DNA of 64,000 nucleotides from an uncultured delta proteobacterium (GCA_963804955.1 CAWDSQ010000013.1:1-64000), one strand, 5' to 3'; shown: positions 50,103 to 61,269, counted from the stretch's first letter. Notes: generated by a model not told the origin, from the letters alone. Numbers and translations: made by a program.

Positions 50103-51434
50103 AAAAGCCCCTTCTCCGCATCATTGCGTACAGTATCAGCCCGGCTTATAAAATAAAACACAAGACCGAAAACCATGGTCAGCAGTCCTGCCAGCGAAGC
50201 TATGGGCCGTTCCACAAGCAGATAAACAAGATTCCATCCCATAATCACCAGAAAAATAATCGGCACCACGGGATAGCCCCAGGTCTTATACGGGCGGTAC
50301 AAATCGATAAATCGCCTGCGGCTGACAAAGACTCCCATTACGGCCAGAAACGTACATAAGTTAAGCGCAAAGCCGACATAAATGAGAACTGTTTCAAACG
50401 ACGAGGTAAGTATAAGCACCAGGCTGACCATAGATTGAAACAGCATCGCTGTCAGAGGAACCCCCCGTCTGGTTCGGAAAGAAAAAGGCCTCAGGAGCGG
50501 ATAGTCTTCACCTATAGCTTGCGTTATCCGCGGACCGACAAAAACAAATGAGCTGATGGATGAAACCAGCAGCACAGAAATAATGCACCCGACAATATCC
50601 CTGCCACGGGGGCCAAAAATATTGCCGGCAGAAATATAGCCGACATCGATCTGACCGGCAAGCTCTGTGACCGCTGCTGTTGCAAGAAACGTATAATTAA
50701 GCAGCAGATACAGAACTGCTACCACTGCGGTTCCAAGCAATAATGACAGCGGTAAATTTTTCTGGGGCCGGTCAATCTCGCCTGCAATATAGGCCGATGC
50801 ATTCCAACCCGAAAATGCATACGATACATATACGAGAGAGACAGCAAAAGCAGGAGATGCAAGGTCGTTGAGAAAGCTCTTGTCAAAGACAAGAGGGCAC
50901 GGAAATGCTTGTATGCGAAAAGAACAGTCCGCTGATGACAAAAAAAAGAATCAAAATGATGGTGCAGGATGAGAAGATATTTTGAAAAGATGTGCCGATA
51001 TTGAAACCCGCTACCTGTATAAGCGTAATAACCACGAGCACCGCTACAGCAAGCGTCTGCGGCGATGCTACAGGGAATACGCCTGAAAAATAGGCCCCGA
51101 AAGCCATCGATGCAAGTGCGATAGGCGCCGGGAAGCCGACAAAAACCGAAACCCAGCCTGAAAGAAAACCAACCGACGGATGATAAATTCTGGAGAGATA
51201 CTGATACTCCCCGCCGGAGCGCGGCATGCTTGCCCCAAGCTCGCCATAGACCATTGCTCCGCACAGTGCGGCAAGCGCTCCTATACCCCACAGGAACAGA
51301 ACTGACAGGGGGTGCTTGATGCCTTCAAGCTGAAATCCCAGGGAAGTAAAAACTCCCGTACCTATCATATTAGCGATCACAAGCGCAAAAGCGCCTGCAA
51401 CACTGACTTTCCGAGAAACATTTTCAACTGCCAC
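50099..51434 (-). CDS. APC-family amino acid permease; apparent +1 indel at about 50896
   Basis: ANMIGTGVFTSLG, YGELG..PRSGGEYQYL, YAFSGWN..GEI..P.KNLP, RPYKTWGYP. Confidence 0.9.
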
Positions 51435-51606
51435 ACACCACCGCTTTATCAGGATACCTGCACATTTTTACATGTTTAAGGCCTGAACATCTTGTCGCAC
51501 CGATGGATTACAAGACGAACAGATTTGAAATACGACCCTATTAAAATGCCTCTCCGTACAACTATACAATGCGGTAATAATATACGACCTGCGCTATGAA
51601 TACTCG

Positions 51607-51972
51607 TTACATCATTGACAGGCTTTTGATCTCCTTGCGGTTGGCCTCAACATATATCTTTATTTTTTCCTGATGCTCGGGCAGGATTTTAGTAAACTGT
51701 ATGCCCATACCTGCAGGAAAAACTTTTGATTTTGCATTTGTCCATACCACGCGGCCTTCAATAGTCATGGTATCCTGATCATCCGGCAACCGTATATGCA
51801 TCGTAACTTCAGCATCGATAGCCAGGGGTTTATCCGTCTTCAGGAAAAGGCCGCCATTGTTAACATTCAGCATATAAGATCTTACAAAAGAACCCTTTTC
51901 CCGGAACTTTATTTCTATATTTGTTGCTATACGGGGGCTTTCTCGTGAATCCTTACCCATTCTATACTCCAT
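51607..51972 (-). CDS. PilZ-domain protein (TIGR02266-like)
   Basis: RESPR, NVNNGGLFL, GRVVW..GMGIQF. Confidence 0.88.
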   Translation of the reverse strand: MEYRMGKDSRESPRIATNIEIKFREKGSFVRSYMLNVNNGGLFLKTDKPLAIDAEVTMHIRLPDDQDTMTIEGRVVWTNAKSKVFPAGMGIQFTKILPEHQEKIKIYVEANRKEIKSLSMM

Positions 51973-52365
51973 AAAAATTATTTGAGGTGTTGCTATTTGT
52001 GATATACTTCAAACAAACATTACACATACTGAGGGGCTCTCGTTGTTCTATAAAAAAAATCTAAGATATGTTTGAACGCCGTGCCCACATACAATTTAAG
52101 CACATTGTCTCCACACAACCATTATCTGAGGGTAAGGGTTTTTCATGACAAACATCAGGCTTGACCGTAACAATTCCATGATATAATAAGTGAAAGATTG
52201 AGGGCAGTCAATGATAAATCAGACAGCTCACGGGAGTTGTTATTTCGCACAGAGTGCATAGAAACAGGCACTGTATATTAATAGAGTCCTGAAATAATAC
52301 TATTACAGGAGCACTAGGACTGTTATTTATTATAAATGCAACCCCACACATATGCCGAGGTGTAC

Positions 52366-52701
52366 ATGGATACTAAAAGCACAAAGAACTCCCATTCCAC
52401 CGTCAAAATTGAAGGGAACCTCGATGGTCAGAAATCCGATGAGCTGATGATCGCTGTTGAACAAAAGATTCTTCCCGGCAATGTCGATATCCTTGTTGAT
52501 TTAGAAAATGTCGAATACATCTCCAGCATGGGCATCGGAACGCTTATTTCACTCTACCGTGATATAAAGGAAAAAAACGGGCGCCTGGTCATTTACGGCA
52601 TCAGGGATGTTGTAAAAGATATTTTTGACCGTACGCATCTTAACAAACGGCTGCTCATATGCGATACTGAAAAAGAGGCTCTTGATCTGCTGTATAAATA
52701 A
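52366..52701 (+). CDS. STAS-domain anti-anti-sigma factor
   Basis: GNLD..VDLENVEYISSMGIGTL. Confidence 0.9.
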   Translation: MDTKSTKNSHSTVKIEGNLDGQKSDELMIAVEQKILPGNVDILVDLENVEYISSMGIGTLISLYRDIKEKNGRLVIYGIRDVVKDIFDRTHLNKRLLICDTEKEALDLLYK

Positions 52702-52753
52702 ACATAATTGACCAAAAAGTGCTGCGCACGCGGCATACTGACCATAGCACATA

Positions 52754-53686
52754 ATGCACTCATCACTACACACCTCCAAGCAATCAGCTCCTCTTCATTT
52801 TCTGGTTGTGGACGATAATCCGACAATCACCCGACTTATCGAACTGCAAATGAACAAAGCCGGCTACTGCTGCGACACCGCAGCAAACGGCGAGGACGCT
52901 CTGCAAAAAATAAATAAAAATATTTTTGATCTTGTCATAAGCGACATCTCCATGCCGGGAATGAACGGTCTGGAGCTTCTCACATCAATAAAAAAGAAAA
53001 AGCCGCACCTGCCCGTACTTATCATAACCGGCCATGCAACCATCGAAAATGCCGTAAAGGCGCTTCGCCTGGGAGCGATCAACTTTATTACAAAACCCAT
53101 CAGGTTTGATGAAGTCTTTGAGACAATCAATAAGGTTATCGACATCAACAAGCAAAGAAAAGCCATTCACACATCGGCCAAATACCTTATTCAGGAAGCC
53201 AGGCATTTTCTCATCCCGACAAACGAACTGTATGTCAGCGACCTTGCGACATATTTGACCGAACCCCTGGAACAAATCTCCCTGGTTGATACAGCCTGCA
53301 GAAAAAGCGTGACAATGGCCATCTACGAAACGCTCACAAATGCTGTTGAGCATGGCAATCTGGAGCTGGATTCATCGATTAAATTCAGCGCCAATGGCGG
53401 CATGGCAGCTTTCAAAAAAATCAAGGAGCAACGCATGCAGGATCCGGCATTTGCCTCGCGCAAAGTAACAATCCAGAGCGCCATTACTGCAACGATGGCG
53501 CAGTTCACCATCATCGATGAAGGCGAAGGCTTTGATTATACCGCTCTTGTTAACCCCACGACCGAAGACTGCATTGAAAAACCCCATGGCCGCGGCATTT
53601 TTCTTATACAGCAAATATTTGACGAGGTCAGATTCAATCACCCCGGCAACAGCATCACTCTCGTACTGCGCAAAAAAACCATCTAA
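52754..53686 (+). CDS. Response regulator with RsbW-like HATPase domain
   Basis: REC (VVDD, SDISMP, KP); ETLTNAVEHGN, DEGEGFD, GRGIFLI, GN. Confidence 0.88.
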   Translation: MHSSLHTSKQSAPLHFLVVDDNPTITRLIELQMNKAGYCCDTAANGEDALQKINKNIFDLVISDISMPGMNGLELLTSIKKKKPHLPVLIITGHATIENAVKALRLGAINFITKPIRFDEVFETINKVIDINKQRKAIHTSAKYLIQEARHFLIPTNELYVSDLATYLTEPLEQISLVDTACRKSVTMAIYETLTNAVEHGNLELDSSIKFSANGGMAAFKKIKEQRMQDPAFASRKVTIQSAITATMAQFTIIDEGEGFDYTALVNPTTEDCIEKPHGRGIFLIQQIFDEVRFNHPGNSITLVLRKKTI

Positions 53687-53865
53687 AAAAAACGTTAAGC
53701 ATGCCAAAACAGCAGCAAATAAATATTACAATGAAAAGTTTTTATTTGAAAAAAACTGTTTATTATGATAGGTTTTATTATTTTTAGAGGCTTCAGTACC
53801 GTGTTTGGAAACAACCAGTACCGACAAGAAGCTATACATTCAAATACATGGAGGGTTATCGAACA

Positions 53866-54093
53866 ATGTCACGCATATGCAGTATTTGCGGCAAAGGCCG
53901 TCAGGTTGGAAATCAGGTAAGTCATGCCAACAACAAATCCAAAAAAGTCTGGCAGCCCAACATTCAGAAAGTACGCACCGTACAAAACGGAACGACCAAA
54001 CGCGCATATATCTGCACGCGGTGCATACGATCCGGCTTTGCGCAGAAGCCTGTTCGCAAGGCAGCCCCCAAAGCTGAGACAGCAACAGCATAA
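53866..54093 (+). CDS. rpmB: 50S ribosomal protein L28
   Basis: [32 protein letters not shown]. Confidence 0.96.
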   Translation: MSRICSICGKGRQVGNQVSHANNKSKKVWQPNIQKVRTVQNGTTKRAYICTRCIRSGFAQKPVRKAAPKAETATA

Positions 54094-54098
54094 CGGCT

Positions 54099-56258
54099 TC
54101 AGGAGCGCAGTCTGGTCACCTTTATAACGCCTTTGACTTGCCTGATGGAAGTCATGACTTCCTCAAGCTGTTTCAGACTGCCGATTTCAATCTCAAAAAC
54201 ATTGATGGCCTTTTTGTCAGGCGTTGTACGAATACGGGCATTGATAATATTTACTCCTGTAGTTGAAAAAGCTGCTGTAATGTCTGCAAGAATCCCCTTA
54301 ACATCGTCACAGATCACCTCAACGGGCACGGACGCCAGATGTTTGGAACTCACATCCCATTGGGCATCGAGAATCCGGTCAGGATCGGAACTTTGAAGGA
54401 AGGGGCATTCAGCGGTATGAACCGTGACGCCCCTACCCCGCGTAATAAAACCGCGGATATCATCTCCATGTACAGGGTTGCAGCATTTACCGTACCGCAC
54501 CATAAGATCATCTATGCCATTGATGCTTATGCCCCGGCCTGCCTTGTCAGTTGCTTTTTTATCAACTGAAGCGCCATAGTCCTTGTCATGTTTTTTTTCA
54601 TCATGCTGTTCTTTTGGCATAATGCGGTTGATCAATTGCTTCACACTCACGCGGCCCTGGCCGACTGCGGCAAAAAGATCATCCAGGGTTTTCACATCCC
54701 GGCCTGCACAGGCAAAGAGATCCGTCGCTTTGTGAAGGCTTGCAATACCCAGCTTATGCTTGCGCAACTCCCGTTCGCATATATCACGCCCCAGCGCCAG
54801 GCTCCTTTCACGCTCCTGCAGCTTGACAAACTGGTGAATCTTGTTGCGCGCGCGCGTGGTTTTGACAAATTTAAGCCAGTCCCGGCTCGGCATATGGTTT
54901 GCAAGAGTAAGAATTTCAACCACATCGCCGGTTTTCAGTTCATAGCGCAGCGGGACAATGGCGCCATTGGCCTTGGCGCCGATACACTTATTACCGATAC
55001 TTGTGTGAATGCGATAGGCAAAATCAACAGGGGTTGCCCCTTTGGGCAGCTGAATCACCTCGCCGGCTGGCGTGAATACATAGACCTCATCAGGGAAAAT
55101 ATCCACCCGAAACGTTTCAAGAAAATCCCGTGAATCCTTGAGCTCACTCTGCGTTTCCATAACCTGCTGGAGCCAGGCAAAGCGATGGTCATCCTTCTGT
55201 TGAATGTAGCGTCCTTCCTTATAGCGCCAGTGAGCGGCAATACCCTGCTTGGCTATCCGATCCATATCATCTGTGCGAATCTGAATTTCAATCCGCTGGC
55301 CATACGGCCCGATCACTGTGGTGTGCAGGGACTGATACATATTTGTTTTGGGCATGGAAATATAATCTTTAAATCGTCCGGGAACCGGCTTCCATATCGA
55401 GTGAATCATACCGAGAACTTCGTAGCATTCCTGCCGTGACACAACGATGATGCGAAACGCGGTGATATCATAAATTTCCGTAAAATTCAGATTTTGCTCG
55501 ATCATCTTGTTGTAGATGCTATAAATATGCTTGGGTCGTCCCTGCACCACTGCCTTGATCCCGAACTCCTGAAGCTTTTCCTCGATGATGCCGATCACTT
55601 CGGCAACATATTTCACCCGCTGTTCTGCCGTAACAACAAGATTACGCTCAATATCCAGATACACCTCCGGATGCGTATAGCTCAGGCCCAGGTCTTCAAG
55701 CTCACTTTTAATCTCATACAACCCCAAACGATTTGCAAGAGGTGCATAAATCTCAAGGGTCTGATGGGCGATCTTCTTCTGTTTGTCCGCAGGCACATAT
55801 TGCAGGGTGCGCATATTGTGAACGCGGTCCGCCATTTTTACAAGTATCACCCGTATGTCTTTGGACATCGCAAGTATCATTTTTCGGAAATTTTCAGCCT
55901 GGCGCTCCTCGTGGCTTGTGCTGGCAATTTTGCTGATTTTAGTTACGCCATCAACTAAAAACGCCACTTCATGGCCGAAAATCTTTTCGATTTCGTCAAG
56001 AGTGGCGTAGGTATCTTCAACTGTGTCGTGCAGAAGACCGGTGGAAACCGTATACTCGTCAAGGTTCAAATCGGCAAGAATTTTTGCCACGCCCAGCGGA
56101 TGTATCAGGTAAGGTTCGCCCGACAGACGCGTCTGTCCATGATGCACTTTGGCAGAATAGACATAGGCTCTCTGCACAAGTCCCGTATTAGCCTCAGGAT
56201 GATACGAGACCACCTGCTCTATGATATCATTTATGCGAACAACAATCGGCTTGTTCAT
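54099..56258 (-). CDS. relA: Bifunctional (p)ppGpp synthetase/hydrolase (RelA/SpoT, Rel)
   Basis: SGEPYLIHP, LLHDTVED, RFKDYI..YQSLHTT, AAHWRYK, TGS and ACT domains. Confidence 0.96.
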   Translation of the reverse strand: MNKPIVVRINDIIEQVVSYHPEANTGLVQRAYVYSAKVHHGQTRLSGEPYLIHPLGVAKILADLNLDEYTVSTGLLHDTVEDTYATLDEIEKIFGHEVAFLVDGVTKISKIASTSHEERQAENFRKMILAMSKDIRVILVKMADRVHNMRTLQYVPADKQKKIAHQTLEIYAPLANRLGLYEIKSELEDLGLSYTHPEVYLDIERNLVVTAEQRVKYVAEVIGIIEEKLQEFGIKAVVQGRPKHIYSIYNKMIEQNLNFTEIYDITAFRIIVVSRQECYEVLGMIHSIWKPVPGRFKDYISMPKTNMYQSLHTTVIGPYGQRIEIQIRTDDMDRIAKQGIAAHWRYKEGRYIQQKDDHRFAWLQQVMETQSELKDSRDFLETFRVDIFPDEVYVFTPAGEVIQLPKGATPVDFAYRIHTSIGNKCIGAKANGAIVPLRYELKTGDVVEILTLANHMPSRDWLKFVKTTRARNKIHQFVKLQERERSLALGRDICERELRKHKLGIASLHKATDLFACAGRDVKTLDDLFAAVGQGRVSVKQLINRIMPKEQHDEKKHDKDYGASVDKKATDKAGRGISINGIDDLMVRYGKCCNPVHGDDIRGFITRGRGVTVHTAECPFLQSSDPDRILDAQWDVSSKHLASVPVEVICDDVKGILADITAAFSTTGVNIINARIRTTPDKKAINVFEIEIGSLKQLEEVMTSIRQVKGVIKVTRLRS

Positions 56259-57973
56259 ACCTCTGGCTGTTTCAGCCGGTGCTCAATGACGGCAACCGCA
56301 TCGTCAATCGCCACCTGCTGGGCCTCTCCGCCTTTTCTCTCCTTGATATCAACGTATTTTTTTTCTACTGCATTCTTGCCGACCGTCACGCGGAGGGGTA
56401 TTCCTATCAGGTCTGCATCCTTAAACTTGCTGCCGGGACGCTCGTCACGGTCATCGAGCAGCACTTCCACTCCCTTCGCGGCAAGCCCGTTGTAGAGATT
56501 AACAGCTAGAGCCATCTGCACGGCATCATTGGTATTGACCGGAACCACAATAACAGAAAACGGCGCTATCGGTTCAGGAAAAATAATACCGTTTTCATCA
56601 TGCGACTGCTCAATTGCAGCGGCAACCGTGCGGCCAACACCAATACCATAGCAGCCCATGATCATCGGCTGGGCCCTGCCCTCGCGATCAAGATAGCTGC
56701 AGTTCATTGCCTTGCTGTATTTCGTTCCAAGCTTGAAAATATGCCCGACTTCGATACCGCGTGTGGTGGACAGAAGCTTATTGCAGCGAGGGCAGCTATC
56801 CCCGGCCTGCGCAGAGCGAAGGTCGGCAAACTCATCTACCGATACATCCCGCCCGAAATTTACGTTAACGACATGCACATCGCGCTCATTGCCGCCGGTT
56901 ACCATGTTACAGCAGCCCTGAAGGCCGAAATCTGCAACCATGCGGACATTTTTCATGCCGATCGGTCCGGCAAAACCCCGGGGTGCACCGGTGATTTTTT
57001 CGATCACCTCCTCCTCGGCAAGCTCCAGACCATCGCACTTAAGATAATTGCGCAGCTTCACCTCATTAATATCATGATCCCCCCGCACCAATGCGACAAC
57101 TGGGCCTTGCGTGCTGGTAAAAACAAGCGTCTTGATCAAATCCTTAGGCAAAACTTTCAGAAAGGCGGCAACCTCCTCAATGGTGCGCATATTAGGGGTT
57201 TCAATCCGTTTAAGTTCCTGGAACCCTGCGGGATCGACATCCGTAACGGCAGGTTGTGCAATTTCAGCCTTTTCCGTATTTGCGGCATAATCGCAGCCGG
57301 TGCAGGTAACGATAATATCCTCACCTGTGTCGGCAAGCACCATAAACTCATGAGAAAAATTGCCGCCGATAGGTCCTGTATCAGCCTCCACCGCCCTGAA
57401 GGTAAGCCCAAGGCGGCTGAAAATCCGGCTATAGGCTTCATACATCCTGCGGTAGCTTTCCTCAGCTCCTTTCTCGTCGACGTCAAAGCTGTAGGCATCT
57501 TTCATTATAAACTCGCGGGCGCGCATCATACCGAAACGAGGTCGAATTTCATCGCGGAATTTAATGTGTATCTGATAGAGATTAATCGGCAGCTGACGGT
57601 ATGAATTTACCGTCGAACGCACAAGATCGGTAATAACCTCTTCATGCGTCGGGCCCAGGCAAAACTGGCGATCGCCGCGGTCCCTGAGGCGGAGCATTTC
57701 CTTGCCGTACACCTCCCACCGGCCGCTTTCCTCCCAAAGCTCAGCGGGCTGAATAAAGGGGAGAAAAACCTCCTGGCCGCCTGCCCTGTTCATCTCTTCA
57801 CGAATAATCTGTTTCGTCTTCTGAATGACCCGCTGCCCCAGGGGCAGTGTCGAATAAATTCCTGCGGCAACCTTGCGAATCATGCCGGAGCGCATCATCA
57901 GACGATGGCTGGCAACCTCCGCCTCCGCTGGATCTTCGCGAAGAGTGGGAATCAATAACTGGGAATAGCGCAT
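56255..57973 (-). CDS. proS: Proline--tRNA ligase
   Basis: LGPTHEE, KFRDEIRPRFG, EFIMKDAYSF, GIEVGHIFKLGTKYS, MGCYGIGV. Confidence 0.98.
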   Translation of the reverse strand: MRYSQLLIPTLREDPAEAEVASHRLMMRSGMIRKVAAGIYSTLPLGQRVIQKTKQIIREEMNRAGGQEVFLPFIQPAELWEESGRWEVYGKEMLRLRDRGDRQFCLGPTHEEVITDLVRSTVNSYRQLPINLYQIHIKFRDEIRPRFGMMRAREFIMKDAYSFDVDEKGAEESYRRMYEAYSRIFSRLGLTFRAVEADTGPIGGNFSHEFMVLADTGEDIIVTCTGCDYAANTEKAEIAQPAVTDVDPAGFQELKRIETPNMRTIEEVAAFLKVLPKDLIKTLVFTSTQGPVVALVRGDHDINEVKLRNYLKCDGLELAEEEVIEKITGAPRGFAGPIGMKNVRMVADFGLQGCCNMVTGGNERDVHVVNVNFGRDVSVDEFADLRSAQAGDSCPRCNKLLSTTRGIEVGHIFKLGTKYSKAMNCSYLDREGRAQPMIMGCYGIGVGRTVAAAIEQSHDENGIIFPEPIAPFSVIVVPVNTNDAVQMALAVNLYNGLAAKGVEVLLDDRDERPGSKFKDADLIGIPLRVTVGKNAVEKKYVDIKERKGGEAQQVAIDDAVAVIEHRLKQPEV

Positions 57974-57998
57974 CTGTGTTCTCCTTTACAGTTTCAGC

Positions 57999-59063
57999 TC
58001 ATATGCTTTTTGAAAAATCAATAATCTCTTTCATAAACTCTTCCATCAGCCTGTCCTTGGGGCATTTCCTGACGATTTTCCCCTTCTTGAATATAACCCC
58101 GACACTCCGGCTGCCGGCAATGCCGATATCTGCCTCTTTTGCCTCGCCAGGGCCATTCACTTCGCAGCCCATGATGGCAATTTTGATTGGATAGGGAAAA
58201 TCAACCAGCTTTTTTTCGACCTGCTTAGCCATGCTGATGACGTCAATCTGCCGCCTGCCGCAGGTAGGGCAGGATATAAGTTCCGGCCCGCGGCGCCGTA
58301 TGCCGAGGCATTTGAGCATCTCATAGGCCACGCGGACTTCCTCCACCGGATCGGCGGAAAGCGATACGCGCATGGTGTCGCCAATGCCCTCGGCAAGCAG
58401 AATACCAAGACCGATGGATGATTTTATGGTGCCAGAAAAAAGCGTCCCCGCTTCCGTAACACCAATATGCAGGGGATAGCGCGTCTTCTTTGACAGCAGC
58501 CGGTACGCTTTAACGGTTGTGAGTACATCGGAAGATTTTATGGAAATTTTTATCTGGTTAAAATCCATTTCCTCCACAAGACGCACATTGGCAAGAGCGC
58601 TTTCCACAAGGGCCTCGGGAACCGGGTGGCCATATTTCCGTAAAATATGTTTCTCAAGCGAACCGGCATTGACGCCGACGCGAATGGACAAATTATAAGC
58701 CCCCGCCTGTTTGACAACTTCGGCAAGGCGCTGCCTGCCTCCTATATTGCCGGGATTTATGCGTATGCCGTGAACGCCGGCATCAATGGCAGCCAGCGCC
58801 AGGCGATAATTGAAATGAATATCTGCTATCACGGGAATGGCAGAACCTTTGACAATTGCAGGCAGCGCCGCCGCAGCAGTTTCATCGGGAACGGCAACCC
58901 GTATTATCTCGCAGCCTGACCGAACAAGCCGCCGGATCTGAGCAACCGTTGCTTGTACATCGCGGGTATCGGTATTTGTCATGGACTGCACGCTCACCGG
59001 CGCACCTCCCCCGACCGCAATAGAACCGACTTTGATTTGATAAGTCTTCTTGCGCTGTATCAT
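57999..59063 (-). CDS. ispG: (E)-4-hydroxy-3-methylbut-2-enyl-diphosphate synthase
   Basis: VQSMTNT, IADIHF, RINPGNIG, HIGVTEAG, SCPTCGR, MGCEVNGPGEA. Confidence 0.98.
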   Translation of the reverse strand: MIQRKKTYQIKVGSIAVGGGAPVSVQSMTNTDTRDVQATVAQIRRLVRSGCEIIRVAVPDETAAAALPAIVKGSAIPVIADIHFNYRLALAAIDAGVHGIRINPGNIGGRQRLAEVVKQAGAYNLSIRVGVNAGSLEKHILRKYGHPVPEALVESALANVRLVEEMDFNQIKISIKSSDVLTTVKAYRLLSKKTRYPLHIGVTEAGTLFSGTIKSSIGLGILLAEGIGDTMRVSLSADPVEEVRVAYEMLKCLGIRRRGPELISCPTCGRRQIDVISMAKQVEKKLVDFPYPIKIAIMGCEVNGPGEAKEADIGIAGSRSVGVIFKKGKIVRKCPKDRLMEEFMKEIIDFSKSI

Positions 59064-59983
59064 TGCTGCAGGCTTCCTACCACTTCAGAAAGCTGGGAGA
59101 GGTTCCTCTTCTGCAAATAGCTCTCGATCCCTTCCAGAATTTCATACGGGGCGTGGGGATTAACGAAAAGGGCTGTGCCGATCTGAAAAGCCTGAGCTCC
59201 GACGATCAAAAACTGCAGCGCATCCTGCGCAGTCATGATGCCCCCGAGGCCTATGACGGGGATTGTCACCCGCTTAAGGGTTTCCCACACCATGCGAAGC
59301 GCCAGCGGCCGGATAGCAGGGCCGGAAAGCCCGCCAGTGATATTGGCAAGAACCGGCATGCAGGTATCAACATCCACTGCCATGCCGGTGAATGTGTTGA
59401 TCAGCGACAGGGCATCTGCGCCTGCGTCCTGCACGCTTTTGGCAATGGCCCCGATATCAGTTACATTCGGTGTCAGCTTGACAATAAGCGGAAGCGTTGT
59501 CGCCTTTCGTATTTCTCCGGTGACTTTTGATGCCATGGCAGCATCTGTACCAAAACTGATTCCACCCTCCTTAATGTTGGGGCATGAAATATTGGCCTCA
59601 AGGCCTGCTATGCCTTCAACGTTAGTCAATCTTTCTGCAAGCTTGATGTAATCGGCAATTGAAGTACCGTAAAAATTAACAATTACCGGCGTATCAAATT
59701 GTCGAAGGTACGGCATCTTTTCTTTAATGAAAACTTCAAGGCCGACATTCTGCAAACCGATGGCATTAAGCATTCCGGAAGGAGTTTCAACTATGCGGGG
59801 CGGGGGGTTGCCCTGTGAAGGCTTAAGCGATATGCCCTTGGTGACAATAGCGCCTAGAAAATTATTATCTATAAACGAGGCATACGCCTCGCCGTAACCG
59901 AATGTGCCGGATGCCACCATTAGAGGATTTTTCATCCTGATTCCGGCTATATTCACACTGAGATCTATGGCTGTTTCAGTCAT
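59060..59983 (-). CDS. pyrD: Dihydroorotate dehydrogenase B, catalytic subunit
   Basis: ASGTFG, NAIGLQN, NISCPN, KLTPNV, GGLSGPAI. Confidence 0.96.
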   Translation of the reverse strand: MTETAIDLSVNIAGIRMKNPLMVASGTFGYGEAYASFIDNNFLGAIVTKGISLKPSQGNPPPRIVETPSGMLNAIGLQNVGLEVFIKEKMPYLRQFDTPVIVNFYGTSIADYIKLAERLTNVEGIAGLEANISCPNIKEGGISFGTDAAMASKVTGEIRKATTLPLIVKLTPNVTDIGAIAKSVQDAGADALSLINTFTGMAVDVDTCMPVLANITGGLSGPAIRPLALRMVWETLKRVTIPVIGLGGIMTAQDALQFLIVGAQAFQIGTALFVNPHAPYEILEGIESYLQKRNLSQLSEVVGSLQQ

Positions 59984-60779
59984 GGTTCCAGATTATATCC
60001 TTGCTGTCAAAAATCGGACCGTCGGCGCAAACCCGTTTATAGCCTGATTTGGTCTCAACAACACAGCCAAGGCATGCCCCGACGCCGCAGGCCATATGCG
60101 CTTCAAGTGACACTTGACAGGGAAGTGCATACTTTTTGGCAATCTCTGAAACTCTTTTTAACATCGGCTGAGGACCGCAGCTGAATATGTACGTGCTTTG
60201 GGTATTGATCTTTTCACTTTGAAGCATGTAAGCAAATGTTTCAGTAACAAAACCCTTATATTGTGCAGCCCCATCTTCAGAAACAACCACTAATTCAAAA
60301 TCATCATTAAGAAAGGATTTCCCAACAAGAGCTGTTTCTGCAAGTGTTTTTGAACCAAAAATGAACTCACGATTTAAATCAGGCAAGGCAACCAGGTATT
60401 GAGCAAGATATAGAAGCGGTGCAGTACCAATACCCCCGGCAACAAGCACTGCTGTCTTAATCGTATTTGGAATTATAAAACCGTTGCCCAGAGGACCAAG
60501 CAAATTTACATTATATCCCGGCTCGCAAGCCGACATAAACTGCGTGCCCCTGCCCTTCACCTGAAATAGAAGTTCAACCGCATCACCGCTGATCCCGCTC
60601 AGACTTATCGGCCGTCGAAGGAGCGGATCGGTGCCGTTCTGCACCTGAATCATGACAAACTGACCTGGCCGTGATTGTCGGGCAAGCGCAGGTGCATGGA
60701 GCACAAAATGAAACGTGCCGGGAATGACCTCACGCTTGGAAACAAGCTCAGCAGTATGGGCAGTAGCATTATGTATCAT
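59976..60779 (-). CDS. pyrK: Dihydroorotate dehydrogenase electron transfer subunit
   Basis: PGQF..LRRPIS, GPLGNGF, CGPQPM, MACGVGACLGC..VCADGPIF. Confidence 0.95.
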   Translation of the reverse strand: MIHNATAHTAELVSKREVIPGTFHFVLHAPALARQSRPGQFVMIQVQNGTDPLLRRPISLSGISGDAVELLFQVKGRGTQFMSACEPGYNVNLLGPLGNGFIIPNTIKTAVLVAGGIGTAPLLYLAQYLVALPDLNREFIFGSKTLAETALVGKSFLNDDFELVVVSEDGAAQYKGFVTETFAYMLQSEKINTQSTYIFSCGPQPMLKRVSEIAKKYALPCQVSLEAHMACGVGACLGCVVETKSGYKRVCADGPIFDSKDIIWNHD

Positions 60780-61245
60780 TTCGACACGCTTGCTTTCGGC
60801 TAAAAACGGTCATACTCATAAGGACGGCATCTTCTCGTGTATCGGAATAATAGGCCTTCCGCAGCCCGGCTTTTATAAAACCCGCTTTTTCATAAAATTG
60901 ATGGGCTGCCGTATTGGACGCGCGAACTTCGAGAAAAAATGTCTTCACACCCCGGCACGTTGCTTCATGCATGACATACAAGAGAAGCTGAGAACCGTTG
61001 CCGCGGCGCTGATATTTTTTACTGAAAGCGATACGATTCACGGTGCATTCGTCACAGACAAACCAGGCATCAACATACCCGATAACGACGTCATCTTCAA
61101 CAGCCACATAGCAGTACGCGTGGTCGGCTGTTATATCCTGAAAAAACATTGCCCGCGACCACGGATCAGAAAAAACTTCCGCCTCAATTGCAACAACAGC
61201 ATCGAGATGCTTCTCGCACATTGCAGTGATCGTAATGCTGTTCAT
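60769..61245 (-). CDS. rimI: Ribosomal-protein alanine N-acetyltransferase
   Basis: FSDPWS, QRRGNG, LEVRASN, RKAYY..EDAVLM. Confidence 0.92.
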   Translation of the reverse strand: MNSITITAMCEKHLDAVVAIEAEVFSDPWSRAMFFQDITADHAYCYVAVEDDVVIGYVDAWFVCDECTVNRIAFSKKYQRRGNGSQLLLYVMHEATCRGVKTFFLEVRASNTAAHQFYEKAGFIKAGLRKAYYSDTREDAVLMSMTVFSRKQACRNDT

Positions 61246-61269
61246 ATCAGGCTATTGGTAGTGCGAAAG

